64,000 nucleotides of DNA, taken from assembly GCA_051546255.1 (NCBI GenBank), contig CP128819.1:992001-1056000 (forward strand), given 5' to 3'. This stretch comes from Meyerozyma guilliermondii. Lineage: Eukaryota. Position numbers and translations under genes: made by a program. Under the pieces are notes generated by a model, which saw only the letters and a list, made by a program, of their open reading frames with translations, searched no databases and was not told the origin of the DNA. Below are positions 10,999 to 22,336 of the stretch, one piece after another (the first letter of the stretch is position 1; every line of letters starts with the position of its first letter).

Positions 10999-12921
10999 AT
11001 GGGTAGAGAGCGATCGAAAAGACCTCTTCCGGGGTCCAGCTCGCGCTCACAATCGCATTCGAGGTCCCGCTCTTCGTCTAGGTACCTGCTGGGACTGCTG
11101 CCAGGAGCTAGTCTTCGTCAGCGGTCGGCCACAACCGGTTCGTTTTTGGATTTTATTTCCGGTAAAAGAACTCCGCCGCCTTCAGGAGGCTCGCACGTGA
11201 AGCCTCAGCACAAGATATACTCGCTATACCGCTTAATGATGCTAGAACTCAACTTGCCGACGATAGACCACCGTCTGAACGAAGTGCCCCAAGTCACATC
11301 CAATGACGAAACTTTGGAACAGGTTGTAAACATGGTGAAAGTGCCATTGGTGTTGGAGAAATTCATGTTGTTTGGTCTTATGGTGTGTCTCAATTCGTTT
11401 TTGACGATTTTCACCTTGGTACCGTTGAAAATTTGCATAGTTTCGTGGAGAACTGTTGACAGTTTGATCCTGCGAGGCCAGAAACTCGATGTTGCACCGG
11501 AGCTTCGTGATAAGAAAGGTCATGGCTCGCAACTGTACGGTACGATTGTGGTGGAAAACTTTCGCTACATCAAGAAAGACTTGTACACCACATGTATCAT
11601 TGGAGCTTCTCTCTTCATCCTTTCATTGCCATACTTTGATATTTCCCGACTATATCACGATGTTCGGGGCCAGGCCCATATAAAGCTCTACGTCATGTTC
11701 GGTGTGCTTGAAGTGGCAGACAAACTTCTCTCTTCCATTGGCCATGATTTGCTCAACATTCTCCACGGCTTGACTTTCAGTTCCAAACTCAAATCGGGTG
11801 CACCAATTGCATTGTTTTTCATACTTTCCGTGATATATCTTTCCTTGCACTCCTACGTGCTCATCTACCAGGCAGTGTCTCTCAACGTGGCGGCCAATTC
11901 TTACTCTAATGCGTTGCTCACACTTCTTCTTTCCAACCAATTTGCCGAGTTGAAAAGTTCAGTGTTCAAGAAATTCGATCGTGAAGGGTTGTTTCAGGTG
12001 ACCATGGCAGACCTTACTGAACGGTTTCAGCTCTCGCTCATGCTCGGAATCATAGCTATTCGCAATTTGCTTCAACTCAATGGTAAGTCCATTGGTCTTA
12101 TTCCCAATAGTTGGAAGAGCTGGAACACCTGGATTGGTGCCATATTTGGTCCTAGTACTGTGGTCATAGGCAGTGAAATCCTCGTGGATTGGCTCAAACA
12201 CTGCTATATCAGCAAGTTCAATAAGGTGCGGCCCAGGGTATACAATAATTTCTTGTACGTGCTAAGCTTGGATTTTGTTGAAGTATTCAAATCGGCCCCC
12301 AACGTTTCGGCTTCACCTCTGCATGAACTAACCGACTATGTGATTCTTACCAAGCGGATAGGATTGCCGCTTTTGGCTTGTATTGTCTGCTTCTTGCGGA
12401 TGACTCTTCCTGATTTGAAGCGGTTTTTTCTTTTCAGCGACTCGTTGACATACTCCATTATTTCAAGCGTTGGTCTTCTTGTGGTTGCGTTCTTGACTTT
12501 GCTTTTCGCTAGGCTAGTTCTCGGATTGCTTGTATTGAAGTGGGCTAATAGGATCAAAACTCAACATAGACAGGCTCAACAATTTCTTACTAACAAACCC
12601 CCAATTTCTGCTGGCAGAATCTTGGGGTCGCTGAGCATATCGCTCAATGTGGACGAAAGTGCAATCGAAAGCGATTCGGAAATCGGTTCAGAAATTGAAG
12701 AATATGTTCCTTCACCGCGGTCTCCTTTCAACACTTCCTTCACTCCAGGCGTACCAAACACAGAGGCATCCTCTATCAACCCGCTATCTCGTTCGTACTT
12801 GTACGATGTCGGAGAAAAGATCCCACCGACAGTGGAAGAAATGAGAAATAATAATGATAAAGGCGAAGAGGGCTTGGAAAATGTAATGAGATACGAAATG
12901 TCCAGCAAACGAATCTGGTGA
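10999..12921 (+). CDS. EMP65: ER membrane protein Emp65/TAPT1 family
   Basis: LEKFMLFG, LNVAANSYSNALLTLLLSNQFAELKSSVFKKF, DWLKHCYISKFN. Lies between RTR1 and COX15 as in S. cerevisiae. Start codon inferred. Confidence 0.9.
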   Translation: MGRERSKRPLPGSSSRSQSHSRSRSSSRYLLGLLPGASLRQRSATTGSFLDFISGKRTPPPSGGSHVKPQHKIYSLYRLMMLELNLPTIDHRLNEVPQVTSNDETLEQVVNMVKVPLVLEKFMLFGLMVCLNSFLTIFTLVPLKICIVSWRTVDSLILRGQKLDVAPELRDKKGHGSQLYGTIVVENFRYIKKDLYTTCIIGASLFILSLPYFDISRLYHDVRGQAHIKLYVMFGVLEVADKLLSSIGHDLLNILHGLTFSSKLKSGAPIALFFILSVIYLSLHSYVLIYQAVSLNVAANSYSNALLTLLLSNQFAELKSSVFKKFDREGLFQVTMADLTERFQLSLMLGIIAIRNLLQLNGKSIGLIPNSWKSWNTWIGAIFGPSTVVIGSEILVDWLKHCYISKFNKVRPRVYNNFLYVLSLDFVEVFKSAPNVSASPLHELTDYVILTKRIGLPLLACIVCFLRMTLPDLKRFFLFSDSLTYSIISSVGLLVVAFLTLLFARLVLGLLVLKWANRIKTQHRQAQQFLTNKPPISAGRILGSLSISLNVDESAIESDSEIGSEIEEYVPSPRSPFNTSFTPGVPNTEASSINPLSRSYLYDVGEKIPPTVEEMRNNNDKGEEGLENVMRYEMSSKRIW

Positions 12922-13009
12922 TGAATGTACATTAGTCATACGAGCTATACAGAATAGCTATACAAGAGTAGCTATATACATGCTATATACATGCTATATA
13001 ATGCTTTCT

Positions 13010-14497
13010 TCACTTTAAAAGTGCTTTCTTCATGGCTTCGTTAATGTACGCTACAGCTTGCGGACGTGGACGTTTGAGACGAGCAGAGAACAAAAGACAG
13101 CCCGTAAGCAATGCCAAAGCTCCTGCTTGGTGAGCGGCAGCCAATGGAATAGGAACAAGGTAGATCAAGGTAGTGATACCAAGACTTACTTGAAGAAGAA
13201 CCAACCCCATCATTCCATGGAGAGCCCTCTGAGCCGGCTTGGGAATATACTGTTTTCTCTTGATCACAAACATGTGAGCTGCCAAGATGGAGAAGAACGT
13301 AGTTGTTGCAAAGATTCGATGGACCAATTGCACCGTAGTGGGATTTTCAAGAAGATTTCTCCACCATAAATCTGAAAGATCTTCTTTGCGAGCATAAACT
13401 GGAGACATCAATTCTCCACTGCTGGGCAAATAATCATCACCCATGTGAGGGAAAGTATTGTAGATTAAGCCGGCATCTAATCCAGCAACCATTCCTCCAG
13501 AGAGAGCAGTGATAAACGTCAATCCAAGCAAAGCAGTACCAACCGTTCTCACTGGTGCGATTCTAGCACTCAGAAGTTGAGCAAACACTTTCTGTACTTT
13601 TTCAGGCGCCTTGGTGGCTTGCTTGAGCCATTTGTTCTCGTTGATAATCTCGAAAGCCAGCCACAAGACTCCCAAATAGAGAAGAAATGCTGCTCCCAAA
13701 TGGGTGGTGAGTCTATACTGAGAAACCGTAGGTTTCGATCTTCTTTCCGTCAATTGTTCCTCATCCAAACCAGACTGAACCATCCACCAGCCAATTGCTC
13801 CTTGTAATCCTAGAAGGAGTGTGAGTCCAAAACACAACCGCTTTGTTCTGGTATTGAGTCTTCCTGTTCCCCAAAAGTAGAGTCCTGGCAATATGAACGC
13901 CATGCCTATGGCACGCCCAACAAGCCTATGGCCCCATTCCATGCTGTAGATGAACTTGAACTCGTCCAAAGTGATGTGAGAATTCAACAACTTGAATTCT
14001 GGCAGGTCTTGGTACTTTGTGAACTCCACTATCCATTCTTCTTCATTCATTGGAGGAAGTGTTCCTGTCACTGGTTTCCATTCCGTGATGGACAAGCCCG
14101 ATTCCGTGAGCCTGGTCAAGCCCCCGAGAACCACAATTCCAAAGATAAGTCCCGAAGTGCCTACAAGCCAGTACCCGATGACTTTATCGGTGATGATGTT
14201 GGAAGGTTTAATTTTTGGAAAAGTTTTAGTGACACTTTCTTTGGAGTTCACCAGAAGCGTTGTGTAGGTTCTACGGCCCTTAAGTAACCCCTTTCCAGCG
14301 TTTTTAGGTCCCAAATTTGTGGTCAATGATCTTTTAGAAACCACACTGTTCCACAAACGAATCATCCATTGAGAAGACCGAGGAAAAAGCAGAGCCTTTG
14401 GTGGGCCCACAAGACACGGACGACACCCCTTAGTCTGTGAGAGCGTGCGGAGCACCGCAGGGTTCCCAGAAAAGAAAAACCGAGACCTTGAAAGCAT
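13010..14497 (-). CDS. COX15: Heme A synthase
   Basis: GGLTRLTESGLSITEWKP, EWGHR, YRLTTHL, AGLDAGLIYNTFP; basic mitochondrial presequence. Confidence 0.95.
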   Translation of the reverse strand: MLSRSRFFFSGNPAVLRTLSQTKGCRPCLVGPPKALLFPRSSQWMIRLWNSVVSKRSLTTNLGPKNAGKGLLKGRRTYTTLLVNSKESVTKTFPKIKPSNIITDKVIGYWLVGTSGLIFGIVVLGGLTRLTESGLSITEWKPVTGTLPPMNEEEWIVEFTKYQDLPEFKLLNSHITLDEFKFIYSMEWGHRLVGRAIGMAFILPGLYFWGTGRLNTRTKRLCFGLTLLLGLQGAIGWWMVQSGLDEEQLTERRSKPTVSQYRLTTHLGAAFLLYLGVLWLAFEIINENKWLKQATKAPEKVQKVFAQLLSARIAPVRTVGTALLGLTFITALSGGMVAGLDAGLIYNTFPHMGDDYLPSSGELMSPVYARKEDLSDLWWRNLLENPTTVQLVHRIFATTTFFSILAAHMFVIKRKQYIPKPAQRALHGMMGLVLLQVSLGITTLIYLVPIPLAAAHQAGALALLTGCLLFSARLKRPRPQAVAYINEAMKKALLK

Positions 14498-14719
14498 GGC
14501 ACGTTGCACCAGTGAAATTTTAGAAATTTGTCACCCGATAATTGGTGTCTGGGTGTGGTATGGGGCTGTCTGAACTGTAAAGTTGCAGCCACAAACGTCA
14601 TAATAGTGATTACAAGTGGCGAGAGGTTCAATTGCGATAAGACGTTTAAAACAAGTATTTGAAGTCTGTAGGATCTTGAATTTTCAAGTTTTGTTGAATT
14701 TTTACATTTTGCAATTGTG

Positions 14720-16036
14720 ATGAATTTTACGGTAGCTTCACACGAGGCAGAAATATTGGGTCAAGCTGGGATTATATATGCCATGTTATTGGGGGGAACT
14801 GCCATTATTGGAGGTATTCTGTTTGGTATTAGGCAATTGACTCTTAAAGAGCTGCCAGACACAAAAACTACGAGTTTTGCAGCCAAAGACATGGCCGATG
14901 GAATCGAGTTGAAGACCATTGAAAGTGGTGAATCGGAATCACAAAACAGCTCCAAGAGCTCACCCGAGTCAGAGCTCGGCAAGACCGACGTGATACGTCT
15001 TCTAGACTCCGGGAATACTTTGCAACGCAGTCCTATACGTCTTTCTCCAATCTCCAATTGCTGGACAGCCAGCGGTCCGATTTCGCTACGATACGACGAA
15101 ATTCCTTGGCTGCCTATTCCACAGCGCAACAATTGGCTAAAGGATCTTTATGATGTCCAGAAGAGTATGGCTCAAGACACTTTGGCATTAAAAGAAGATT
15201 TGCAAGCACTCAAGAGCATCAAGCTTTCGCAATGTGTTTATCCTTCAGTGGTGATTCCGCCGATTCGGTTCCTTTCTGTGTGGAGAGCAAACCAGGCAGT
15301 GGAAGAAACCAAGGAGCTTCTTCTCGATCCCAGCGTTGACAAATGCACAAAAACTATTGGTTTGGTGCGGCTTTCTGGGCTTGCAGCCGCCAAGGCTTTT
15401 TCATTGGCAGTGAACCCTTTTTCTTTGTACTCGTTCCAGGCGCTTATTGAGCAATTGGTGGACACTGGGTTGGTTTTCCAGATCATTGCTCAGCTGCCCC
15501 AGCCCAAATACAGTATGCTTCTTGTGGTGGATATAGTCGCTAGTTATAGCTGGCACGTTTGGAACGATGCCCGAAGCAAGGCAGCAGCTTATGGTGGAGC
15601 ACGGGTGATGGTAATACGTACTTTTTGCAATTTGCTCTTAGGACTCGATGGAGAAACCACTCCACAATTTGTGCAGGTGAAGCTCAGTATCCTCTTGGAA
15701 AAAATGATTCTGACGACCCGGTGCCACGAGTACCTTACGGTGGTGCCCATGGTAGCACAAGCAATCAATATAGCTGTTGGGGGCCGCACAAAAACGGTTT
15801 TTTACGATGCACTCTTCGTGATTGTCGTCAAGCATCGGCAGTGTTGTTTGGAAGATGAGTATCTCCAACAGAACACAGTTCTCCAACAAGTAATCAGCGA
15901 TGGCTTGGCATCCCACAGCCCCAAAGAGCGCGAGAAAGCATTGAAATTGCTGCAAGAAGTGTCAGGTCAAGTGATGGTTTTCGCAGCCAATGCAGCCGCG
16001 GATACCCTGGATTTGAGCCATGCAAGTGCCGGGTGA
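14720..16036 (+). CDS. Hypothetical protein, about 438 aa, one N-terminal hydrophobic helix
   Basis: Long uninterrupted ORF; GIIYAMLLGGTAIIGGILFGI is a likely transmembrane segment. Family not recognised. Confidence 0.7.
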   Translation: MNFTVASHEAEILGQAGIIYAMLLGGTAIIGGILFGIRQLTLKELPDTKTTSFAAKDMADGIELKTIESGESESQNSSKSSPESELGKTDVIRLLDSGNTLQRSPIRLSPISNCWTASGPISLRYDEIPWLPIPQRNNWLKDLYDVQKSMAQDTLALKEDLQALKSIKLSQCVYPSVVIPPIRFLSVWRANQAVEETKELLLDPSVDKCTKTIGLVRLSGLAAAKAFSLAVNPFSLYSFQALIEQLVDTGLVFQIIAQLPQPKYSMLLVVDIVASYSWHVWNDARSKAAAYGGARVMVIRTFCNLLLGLDGETTPQFVQVKLSILLEKMILTTRCHEYLTVVPMVAQAINIAVGGRTKTVFYDALFVIVVKHRQCCLEDEYLQQNTVLQQVISDGLASHSPKEREKALKLLQEVSGQVMVFAANAAADTLDLSHASAG

Positions 16037-16361
16037 TAGGAAGCGGTGCTGGGATGTATGCAGGAAAACAATCGGTTGCGTTCATGTGAAGCTGTCAACG
16101 GAGATGGAGAGCGAGGAGGAAGTGGAAGAAACCAATGGAGGCAGTCGAACAAACTTGATAAGTTGGGAAGTCAAAAGTGAGCAGAAGGGTTAGATGATGT
16201 AGAAGTACAAATATAAAGTAAACTTGATGCTTTTTGGCGGTGTGGTTAGGGTTCCCCCACCTCCTGCCTACAACGGTAATCCATTTACATATGCTTCGCA
16301 CCGCGGAGTTGATATAAAAAGTGGGGACAGCCATTTTCTGCAATTTGCGACTTTCCTCACT

Positions 16362-18329
16362 ATGAGTGGAATTGAAATTGCTGCTGCGGCCGTGCTAGGC
16401 TCACAATTGTTGGACGCAAAGTACCACGTCAAGGAAGATTTGCTTCTTACCCAACATATCATCAGACATGCGGTGCCATACCTCATTGGATGTGCCCGAG
16501 GTAAAGCATCTTTTTGGTACTACTTTGAAGAAACCGCCAAAAAGTACCCGAAAAACAGAGCGGTTTCCTTCCCTAGACCACGTAAGGACGCTCCACCAGT
16601 GACCCAGGATGCTCAGGGATTCAATATTTACGATGACCAGTTTGTTCTCGAAACTTACACCTACAAGGAACTCTACGATATGGTGTTGCGGTTGTCCTAT
16701 ATTTTGAAGAATGACTACGGGGTGACTTCGGATCAAACCATCTCGGTGGATTGTATGAACAAGCCGCTTTTCATCATTCTTTGGATGGCGTTGTGGAACA
16801 TTGGTGCGATTCCTGCTTTTTTGAACTTTAACACAAAAGACAAGGCGTTGGTGCATTGTATCAAGATTGTTGGCGCCACCATGGTGTTCATCGACCCGGA
16901 CTGCGCCGACCCCATTAGAGAGACCGAGGAAAAAATCAACCAAGAATTGCCCAATGTCAAGTTGCATTATCTCAACGAACCCGAGCTTCTTCGTGTGCTC
17001 AGCGACAAGTCTAGACCCAAGTATAGAGCTCCCGACAACACCAGAAGACCAGAGGACAAGGACCACTCGTGCTGTGCTTTGATCTATACCTCGGGTACCA
17101 CAGGCTTGCCCAAGAGTGCCATTATGTCATGGAGAAAGGCATTCATGGCATCGGCGTTTTTCGGTTACATTATGAAAATTACGAAAAATTCCACCGTTTT
17201 AACCGCAATGCCGTTGTACCACTCCACGGCAGCCATGTTGGGTGTGTGTCCCACGTTGTTGCTTGGTGGTTGCGTTTCGGTTTCGCAAAAGTTCTCGGCG
17301 TCCACCTTCTGGACTCAGGCCAAATTGTCCGGAGCCACCCATATTCAGTACGTTGGTGAAGTGTGCCGCTACTTGTTGCACGCCAAATACCATCCTGATC
17401 AGCTTGCGCACAATGTTACAATTGCTTATGGAAATGGGTTGCGCAGAGACATCTGGCTCGAGTTCAAGCAGCGGTTCCACATTGAAGGAATTGGCGAGTT
17501 CTACGCATCCACCGAGTCTCCCATCGCTACTACCAATCTCCAGTATGGTACTTTCGGAGTGGGGGCTTGCCGGAAGTACGGAGGGTTGATCAATTTGATT
17601 CTTTCGATGCAGCAAAGATTGGTCAAGATGGACCCAGATGACGAAAACGAAATATGGAGGGACCCCAAAACTGGCTATGCTGTGCAGGCTGCGTACGACC
17701 AGCCGGGCGAGTTGTTGATGAAGATCTTGAATGCCAAGAAACCAGAGGAGTCGTTCCAAGGGTACTACGGGAACAACAAGGCTACTTCTTCAAAACTTGT
17801 TCGTAGCGTTTTCAAAAAAGACGATGCCTGGTTCAGAACAGGCGATTTGCTCAAGATGGACCAGGACGGCTTGTTGTACTTTGTTGATAGATTGGGAGAC
17901 ACTTTCCGGTGGAAATCAGAAAATGTGTCTGCTACAGAAGTTGAAAATGAGTTGATGGGTTCCAAGGCCATGAAACAGTCGGTGGTTGTTGGTGTGCGAG
18001 TGCCCAACCATGAGGGTAGAGCTGGGTTTGCCGTTATAGATCTTGTGGACGAGTTGAATGATCCAAGTAAGCACCCTCAAGCATTGGCGCAGATCTACAA
18101 TCATATTAGCAAATCGCTTCCCAGATATGCTGTTCCCCAGTTTATCAAGTTGGGGTCTGAGATTCAAGCTTCACATAACCACAAGGTGCCCAAGAACCAA
18201 TTTAAGAACCAAAAACTTCCCAAGGGAGAAAGCGGCACCGATGTGATCTACTGGTTGAATGGTGACAAGTACGAGGAGTTGACAGAGGAAGCATGGGGCC
18301 TCATCATGAGCGGGAAATCGAAATTGTAG
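16362..18329 (+). CDS. FAT1: Very-long-chain acyl-CoA synthetase / fatty acid transporter, C-terminal SKL
   Basis: [13 protein letters not shown]-binding motif; [19 protein letters not shown] motif; ends GKSKL (PTS1). Confidence 0.94.
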   Translation: MSGIEIAAAAVLGSQLLDAKYHVKEDLLLTQHIIRHAVPYLIGCARGKASFWYYFEETAKKYPKNRAVSFPRPRKDAPPVTQDAQGFNIYDDQFVLETYTYKELYDMVLRLSYILKNDYGVTSDQTISVDCMNKPLFIILWMALWNIGAIPAFLNFNTKDKALVHCIKIVGATMVFIDPDCADPIRETEEKINQELPNVKLHYLNEPELLRVLSDKSRPKYRAPDNTRRPEDKDHSCCALIYTSGTTGLPKSAIMSWRKAFMASAFFGYIMKITKNSTVLTAMPLYHSTAAMLGVCPTLLLGGCVSVSQKFSASTFWTQAKLSGATHIQYVGEVCRYLLHAKYHPDQLAHNVTIAYGNGLRRDIWLEFKQRFHIEGIGEFYASTESPIATTNLQYGTFGVGACRKYGGLINLILSMQQRLVKMDPDDENEIWRDPKTGYAVQAAYDQPGELLMKILNAKKPEESFQGYYGNNKATSSKLVRSVFKKDDAWFRTGDLLKMDQDGLLYFVDRLGDTFRWKSENVSATEVENELMGSKAMKQSVVVGVRVPNHEGRAGFAVIDLVDELNDPSKHPQALAQIYNHISKSLPRYAVPQFIKLGSEIQASHNHKVPKNQFKNQKLPKGESGTDVIYWLNGDKYEELTEEAWGLIMSGKSKL

Positions 18330-18363
18330 CTGAGTGTATAACACAAAATAACGACGTATATTC

Positions 18364-19614
18364 TTACTGTTTATCGGAAATGGCAACTACACCGGGCAAT
18401 TCTTTACCTTCCAACAATTCCAACGAAGCTCCACCTCCGGTGGAAACGTGCGACAACTTGTCACTGGCACCAAACTTCTTGGCAACGGTAGCAGTGTCTC
18501 CACCTCCAATGATGACGGTGTTACCTGCTTCAGCAGATTTGACGGCAGCATCCAACATCGATTTGGTACCTTGAGCAAACTTGTCGAACTCAAACACACC
18601 TGGGGGACCGTTCCACACAATGGTCTTGGCCTTGGCAATAGTTTCAGCAAACAAGGCATTCGATTTTGGACCAGCATCCAAACCCATCCATTTGTCTGGA
18701 ATACCTTCTTCTTGCGTAGCTGTGGAAGTTTCAGCGTCCTTGTCAAACTTGTCAGCGGTAACGAAATCAACAGGCAACACGATTTCAACGTTGTTCTTCT
18801 TAGCCTTGGCCACGAGGTTTTCCACGTTCTTGGCTCCATCTTCATCAAAGAGAGACGTACCAATAGACATATTGTCCAACACCTTTTTGAAGGTGAAGGC
18901 CATACCACCACCAATGATCAACAAGTCAACCTTATCCAAAAGGTTGTCGATCAATTTGATCTTGTCGGAAACTTTAGCACCACCCAAGATAGCCAAGAAG
19001 GGTCTAGTAGGGTTTTCCAAAGCCTTTGCGAAGTACTCCAATTCCTTGGCCATCAAGAAACCAGCGGCTTTTTGGGGCAAGTCGAGACCCACCATAGACG
19101 AGTGAGCTCTGTGGGCGGTACCAAAGGCGTCGTTAACGTAGACATCGGCCAATGCTGTCAATTGGCTTCTGAACTTCTTGACGTCTTCAGCGCTGGCTTT
19201 TTGCTTCTGGCCGTCGACTTTTCTCGAGCCCTCCTCCTCGGCGTGGAATCTCAAGTTCTCTAACAAGAACACCTGGCCATCGGACCCGCCATTGACAGCT
19301 TTTTCAACCTCGGGACCAACACAGTCCGACAAAAAGGTGACTTTTTGGCCCAAGAGTTTCTCCAATTCGTCAGCCACAGGAGCCAACGAGTACTTGTCAG
19401 CCTTCTCACCATTAGGACGACCCAAGTGAGAAGCCAAAACCACAGCTTTGGGTTTATTTTCCAAAACGTATTTGATAGTTGGCAAAGCGGCCACAATACG
19501 CTGATTGTTGGTGATGGTTTTTCCATCCAATGGGACATTGAAGTCCACACGGATAAACACACGCTTTCCAGACACATCGAGGTCCTTCACAGATAACTTG
19601 TTCGATAAAGACAT
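18364..19614 (-). CDS. PGK1: Phosphoglycerate kinase
   Basis: [39 protein letters not shown]. Confidence 0.99.
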   Translation of the reverse strand: MSLSNKLSVKDLDVSGKRVFIRVDFNVPLDGKTITNNQRIVAALPTIKYVLENKPKAVVLASHLGRPNGEKADKYSLAPVADELEKLLGQKVTFLSDCVGPEVEKAVNGGSDGQVFLLENLRFHAEEEGSRKVDGQKQKASAEDVKKFRSQLTALADVYVNDAFGTAHRAHSSMVGLDLPQKAAGFLMAKELEYFAKALENPTRPFLAILGGAKVSDKIKLIDNLLDKVDLLIIGGGMAFTFKKVLDNMSIGTSLFDEDGAKNVENLVAKAKKNNVEIVLPVDFVTADKFDKDAETSTATQEEGIPDKWMGLDAGPKSNALFAETIAKAKTIVWNGPPGVFEFDKFAQGTKSMLDAAVKSAEAGNTVIIGGGDTATVAKKFGASDKLSHVSTGGGASLELLEGKELPGVVAISDKQ

Positions 19615-19817
19615 GGTAATTCTAGCAATCGATCGGATTATTTTCGATAGGCAGCAGGGTGCTGCTCCTTATATACCGCACCACCGGATCTCGCCATTTG
19701 GGGCCGGACGCGACCACCCCGGGCTAGTTACATCCGCACACCCGAAGTTGTGGAGAGACTCAACTCACCGGTGCTTGGGTGTTCGAGGTTCATCTTCAGT
19801 AATCTTCATTAATCTTC

Positions 19818-20675
19818 ATGGACAAATTATTACAGTGGTCGATCGCCCAGCAGTCCGGCGACAAAGAGGCCATGGCCAAGATCGGCCAGCCGGACCCCAA
19901 GATGCTTGAGCAGCTTTTTGGCGGGCCAGATGAACCGGCGCTTATGAAACATGCCATGACGTTAATTTCCAGCGACGAAGCTCTGATGGAAAATAAAGAA
20001 GTTTCGTTTGAAAACTTTGAAATGCTCATTGAAAACATGGATAATGCGAACAATATTGAAAATTTGAAGCTTTGGCCCAGTTTAATTGCGCAATTGGACA
20101 CCAAAGTGCCAGATTCGTTGCGAGTGTATGCCGCTTCATGCATTGCCATTGCGGTCCAGAACAACCCCAAGGCCCAGGACGATTTTCTTCGTCATCCCGA
20201 AGGATTCAAACAAGTTTTGGCTCTTGCGGAAGACTCCTCCATCGATAAAGAGTTGCATTTGAAGTGTCTTTCTGCCATTTCCTCGGTTTTAAGAAACCAC
20301 CAAGAGGCCTATAACAGGTTTGACCAGCTCAATGGGTGGAAGATTCTCAAGTTTAACAAGGACGCTGACCACAAGTCGAAAATCAGAGTTCTTTCGATCA
20401 TGTCGGCGGTCCTTTCCACCGGTCTTGACGACAAAAAGACAAAACATATTCAAGATGAAAACTTGACCAATTTCATCGTTTCTGTTATGCAGAAAGATGG
20501 TCATATTGGCTGTATAGACAAGGCACTCAACATCATCACTCAATTGTCACAGCTTAAATACCCGTTCTCAGCCACCGAAATCAGCGACTTGGTTCAAGGT
20601 TTGGAAAGAGTGGAAGACCTTCGGGACCAATTGACGTTGGACGACTTACACGCCGCAAAGCAAGTAGTTTCCTGA
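19818..20675 (+). CDS. FES1: Hsp70 nucleotide exchange factor Fes1 (unspliced isoform)
   Basis: MDKLLQWSI...DNANNIENLKLW...AVQNNPKAQ armadillo-type NEF. Confidence 0.94.
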   Translation: MDKLLQWSIAQQSGDKEAMAKIGQPDPKMLEQLFGGPDEPALMKHAMTLISSDEALMENKEVSFENFEMLIENMDNANNIENLKLWPSLIAQLDTKVPDSLRVYAASCIAIAVQNNPKAQDDFLRHPEGFKQVLALAEDSSIDKELHLKCLSAISSVLRNHQEAYNRFDQLNGWKILKFNKDADHKSKIRVLSIMSAVLSTGLDDKKTKHIQDENLTNFIVSVMQKDGHIGCIDKALNIITQLSQLKYPFSATEISDLVQGLERVEDLRDQLTLDDLHAAKQVVS

Positions 20676-20760
20676 TTCTTTTTTGATCTCGTACTAACAT
20701 AGCACTTATCTCACCAAGGAGTACATCACCTCGATTAATGAAAAATGAATAGAAATTATA

Positions 20761-22148
20761 TTATCCCTCGTAAACCACCTCTTCAGGATCGTTGGACGTG
20801 AACAACACCTTCATTGCTGCATTCACGGAAGGCGGAACGATGTTTTTTCCGTTAGAATCTTGCCCCAAAGTGCCATGGTTATTGAGTTGCTCGCATATTC
20901 GTGACAAACTTGGATAGTGTTCGAGAAGACGTTCGGCTTTTGGCTCTGTCATGAAACGAAATTGACGCATACTTTGTACGAATGTAGACCGGCTTCCAGT
21001 TCCCGAACGAACAGTTCCCAAGGTTCCCAAAGAAGTACGTTCGTACTTGTCGTAGATCCGTCCTGCTATAGTGTATGTGAACGAATTGAGCCAAGTAAGA
21101 GCTTCTTTCCCGTTGCGGACGGGGAATATATTCACCTCAAGACGAATTTGGGTTTCTTGAACCATTGACTCTACGTCTTTAACCGTCAATTCTTTCTCTC
21201 CTAGCTGATGGTTCAAGGTTCCCAAACTGGGCTGGCCAAGTACTCGGGCTTTGTAGCGTTTGTTCTCTTCATTTCGTATTTTTGCAAGGTACTGGTCGTA
21301 GCCATCGACGAGAATAATGACGTGAAACTCAACCGACGAATTTTCAGTTTGGGCCCGGGCAATCACTCGCCGTATTATAGTGTCAAGCGACCGATCCTGA
21401 ATGTGTTTGACTATTTCTTTGGCGTCGTAATACACTACCAATATTCGTTCTCGATATTCCGTCAACTCGCAAGGAATGAAAAGATCTCGCTGGGGATCGT
21501 AGGATGCTTGAACCTTGCGTTTCCATGCAATTGTAGGGTAAGTATCGGACACAGCACGCACTTCCAGCTCTGCGAATTCCGTTTCAATGTCCTCGTTTTC
21601 GAAGAATTTACTCGAGACCAGATTGCTGATTTCCACCACCATTTCGCCCAAAAGATCGGCTTTTTTACGGGTGACCTTATTGGCGTCGCGGAGCTGTTTG
21701 GCGGTATACGTAGGCTCGGGTGGACGATACGACGACTTGAGTGGTGACGAAGTGTAGGAAATGGGATCAGAAAAGGAGTCTTTGGCCACATTTTTCGATA
21801 CTTCTCTTCTCAGGAACGTACTCGCCGAGTCCACAATGGAGTCTCTGTCTTGTGTGGCGATCTCCAGACTGTATTTTCTTCGTTTCGGAACCGGAGATGG
21901 TTCTTCATCGGTCTCCGAGAGCCAAGTAATAGCATCCAAAACATTCTTGTGGACAACTTTTTGGCTTACGGGCGCAGGACTCGACGAGAGGATCACCACA
22001 GATGCCTGTTCTGGGTGCCGAGGGCCCCTGGGGCTCGGATCATCGGAATTTCTGGAGTTAGTTGTGCGTTGAAATTTGGTGAAAACACATACAGTTCAAT
22101 GATTTGATGGGAAACATCTGAATCCAAGCTGATGACCAGATTGGGCAT
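20761..22148 (-). CDS. MMS4: Mms4/Eme1 subunit of the Mus81 endonuclease, 2 exons (22148-22093, 22051-20761)
   Basis: ERCC4-like region (WKRKVQASYDPQRDLFIPC; WLNSFTYTIA). The 41-nt intron 22092-22052 (GTATGT...ACTAACTCCAG) joins MPNSVISLDSDVSHQIIEL in frame. MMS4 is near FES1 in S. cerevisiae. Confidence 0.85.
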
Positions 22149-22336
22149 GGAAATAGGATAGGAATAAGTAACGCCAAAGAGGCTGAAAAATAATCTTGGT
22201 GGGTTCTTTTATGAGCTTGTTGCAACCCTAACGCGAGTTGATGCGATAAATAGAATGTAAATAGAGGTGGTGTGTGGATGTGCGGATTATCGATTTGGAG
22301 ATTTTCTGATTTCAACACAGTGGGTTGTATACTAGC

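Noticed and set aside
18304..18366. Cryptic peroxisomal PGK1 isoform by stop readthrough
   Set aside because: The stop is TAA-G, not a leaky TGA-CTA context, and the extension ends ISRS*, which is not a PTS1.
18448..19263. Long antisense ORFs over PGK1 (also over RPL15, ADE17, FAT1 and CDC14)
   Set aside because: Expected shadows of biased codon usage in real genes; no independent features.
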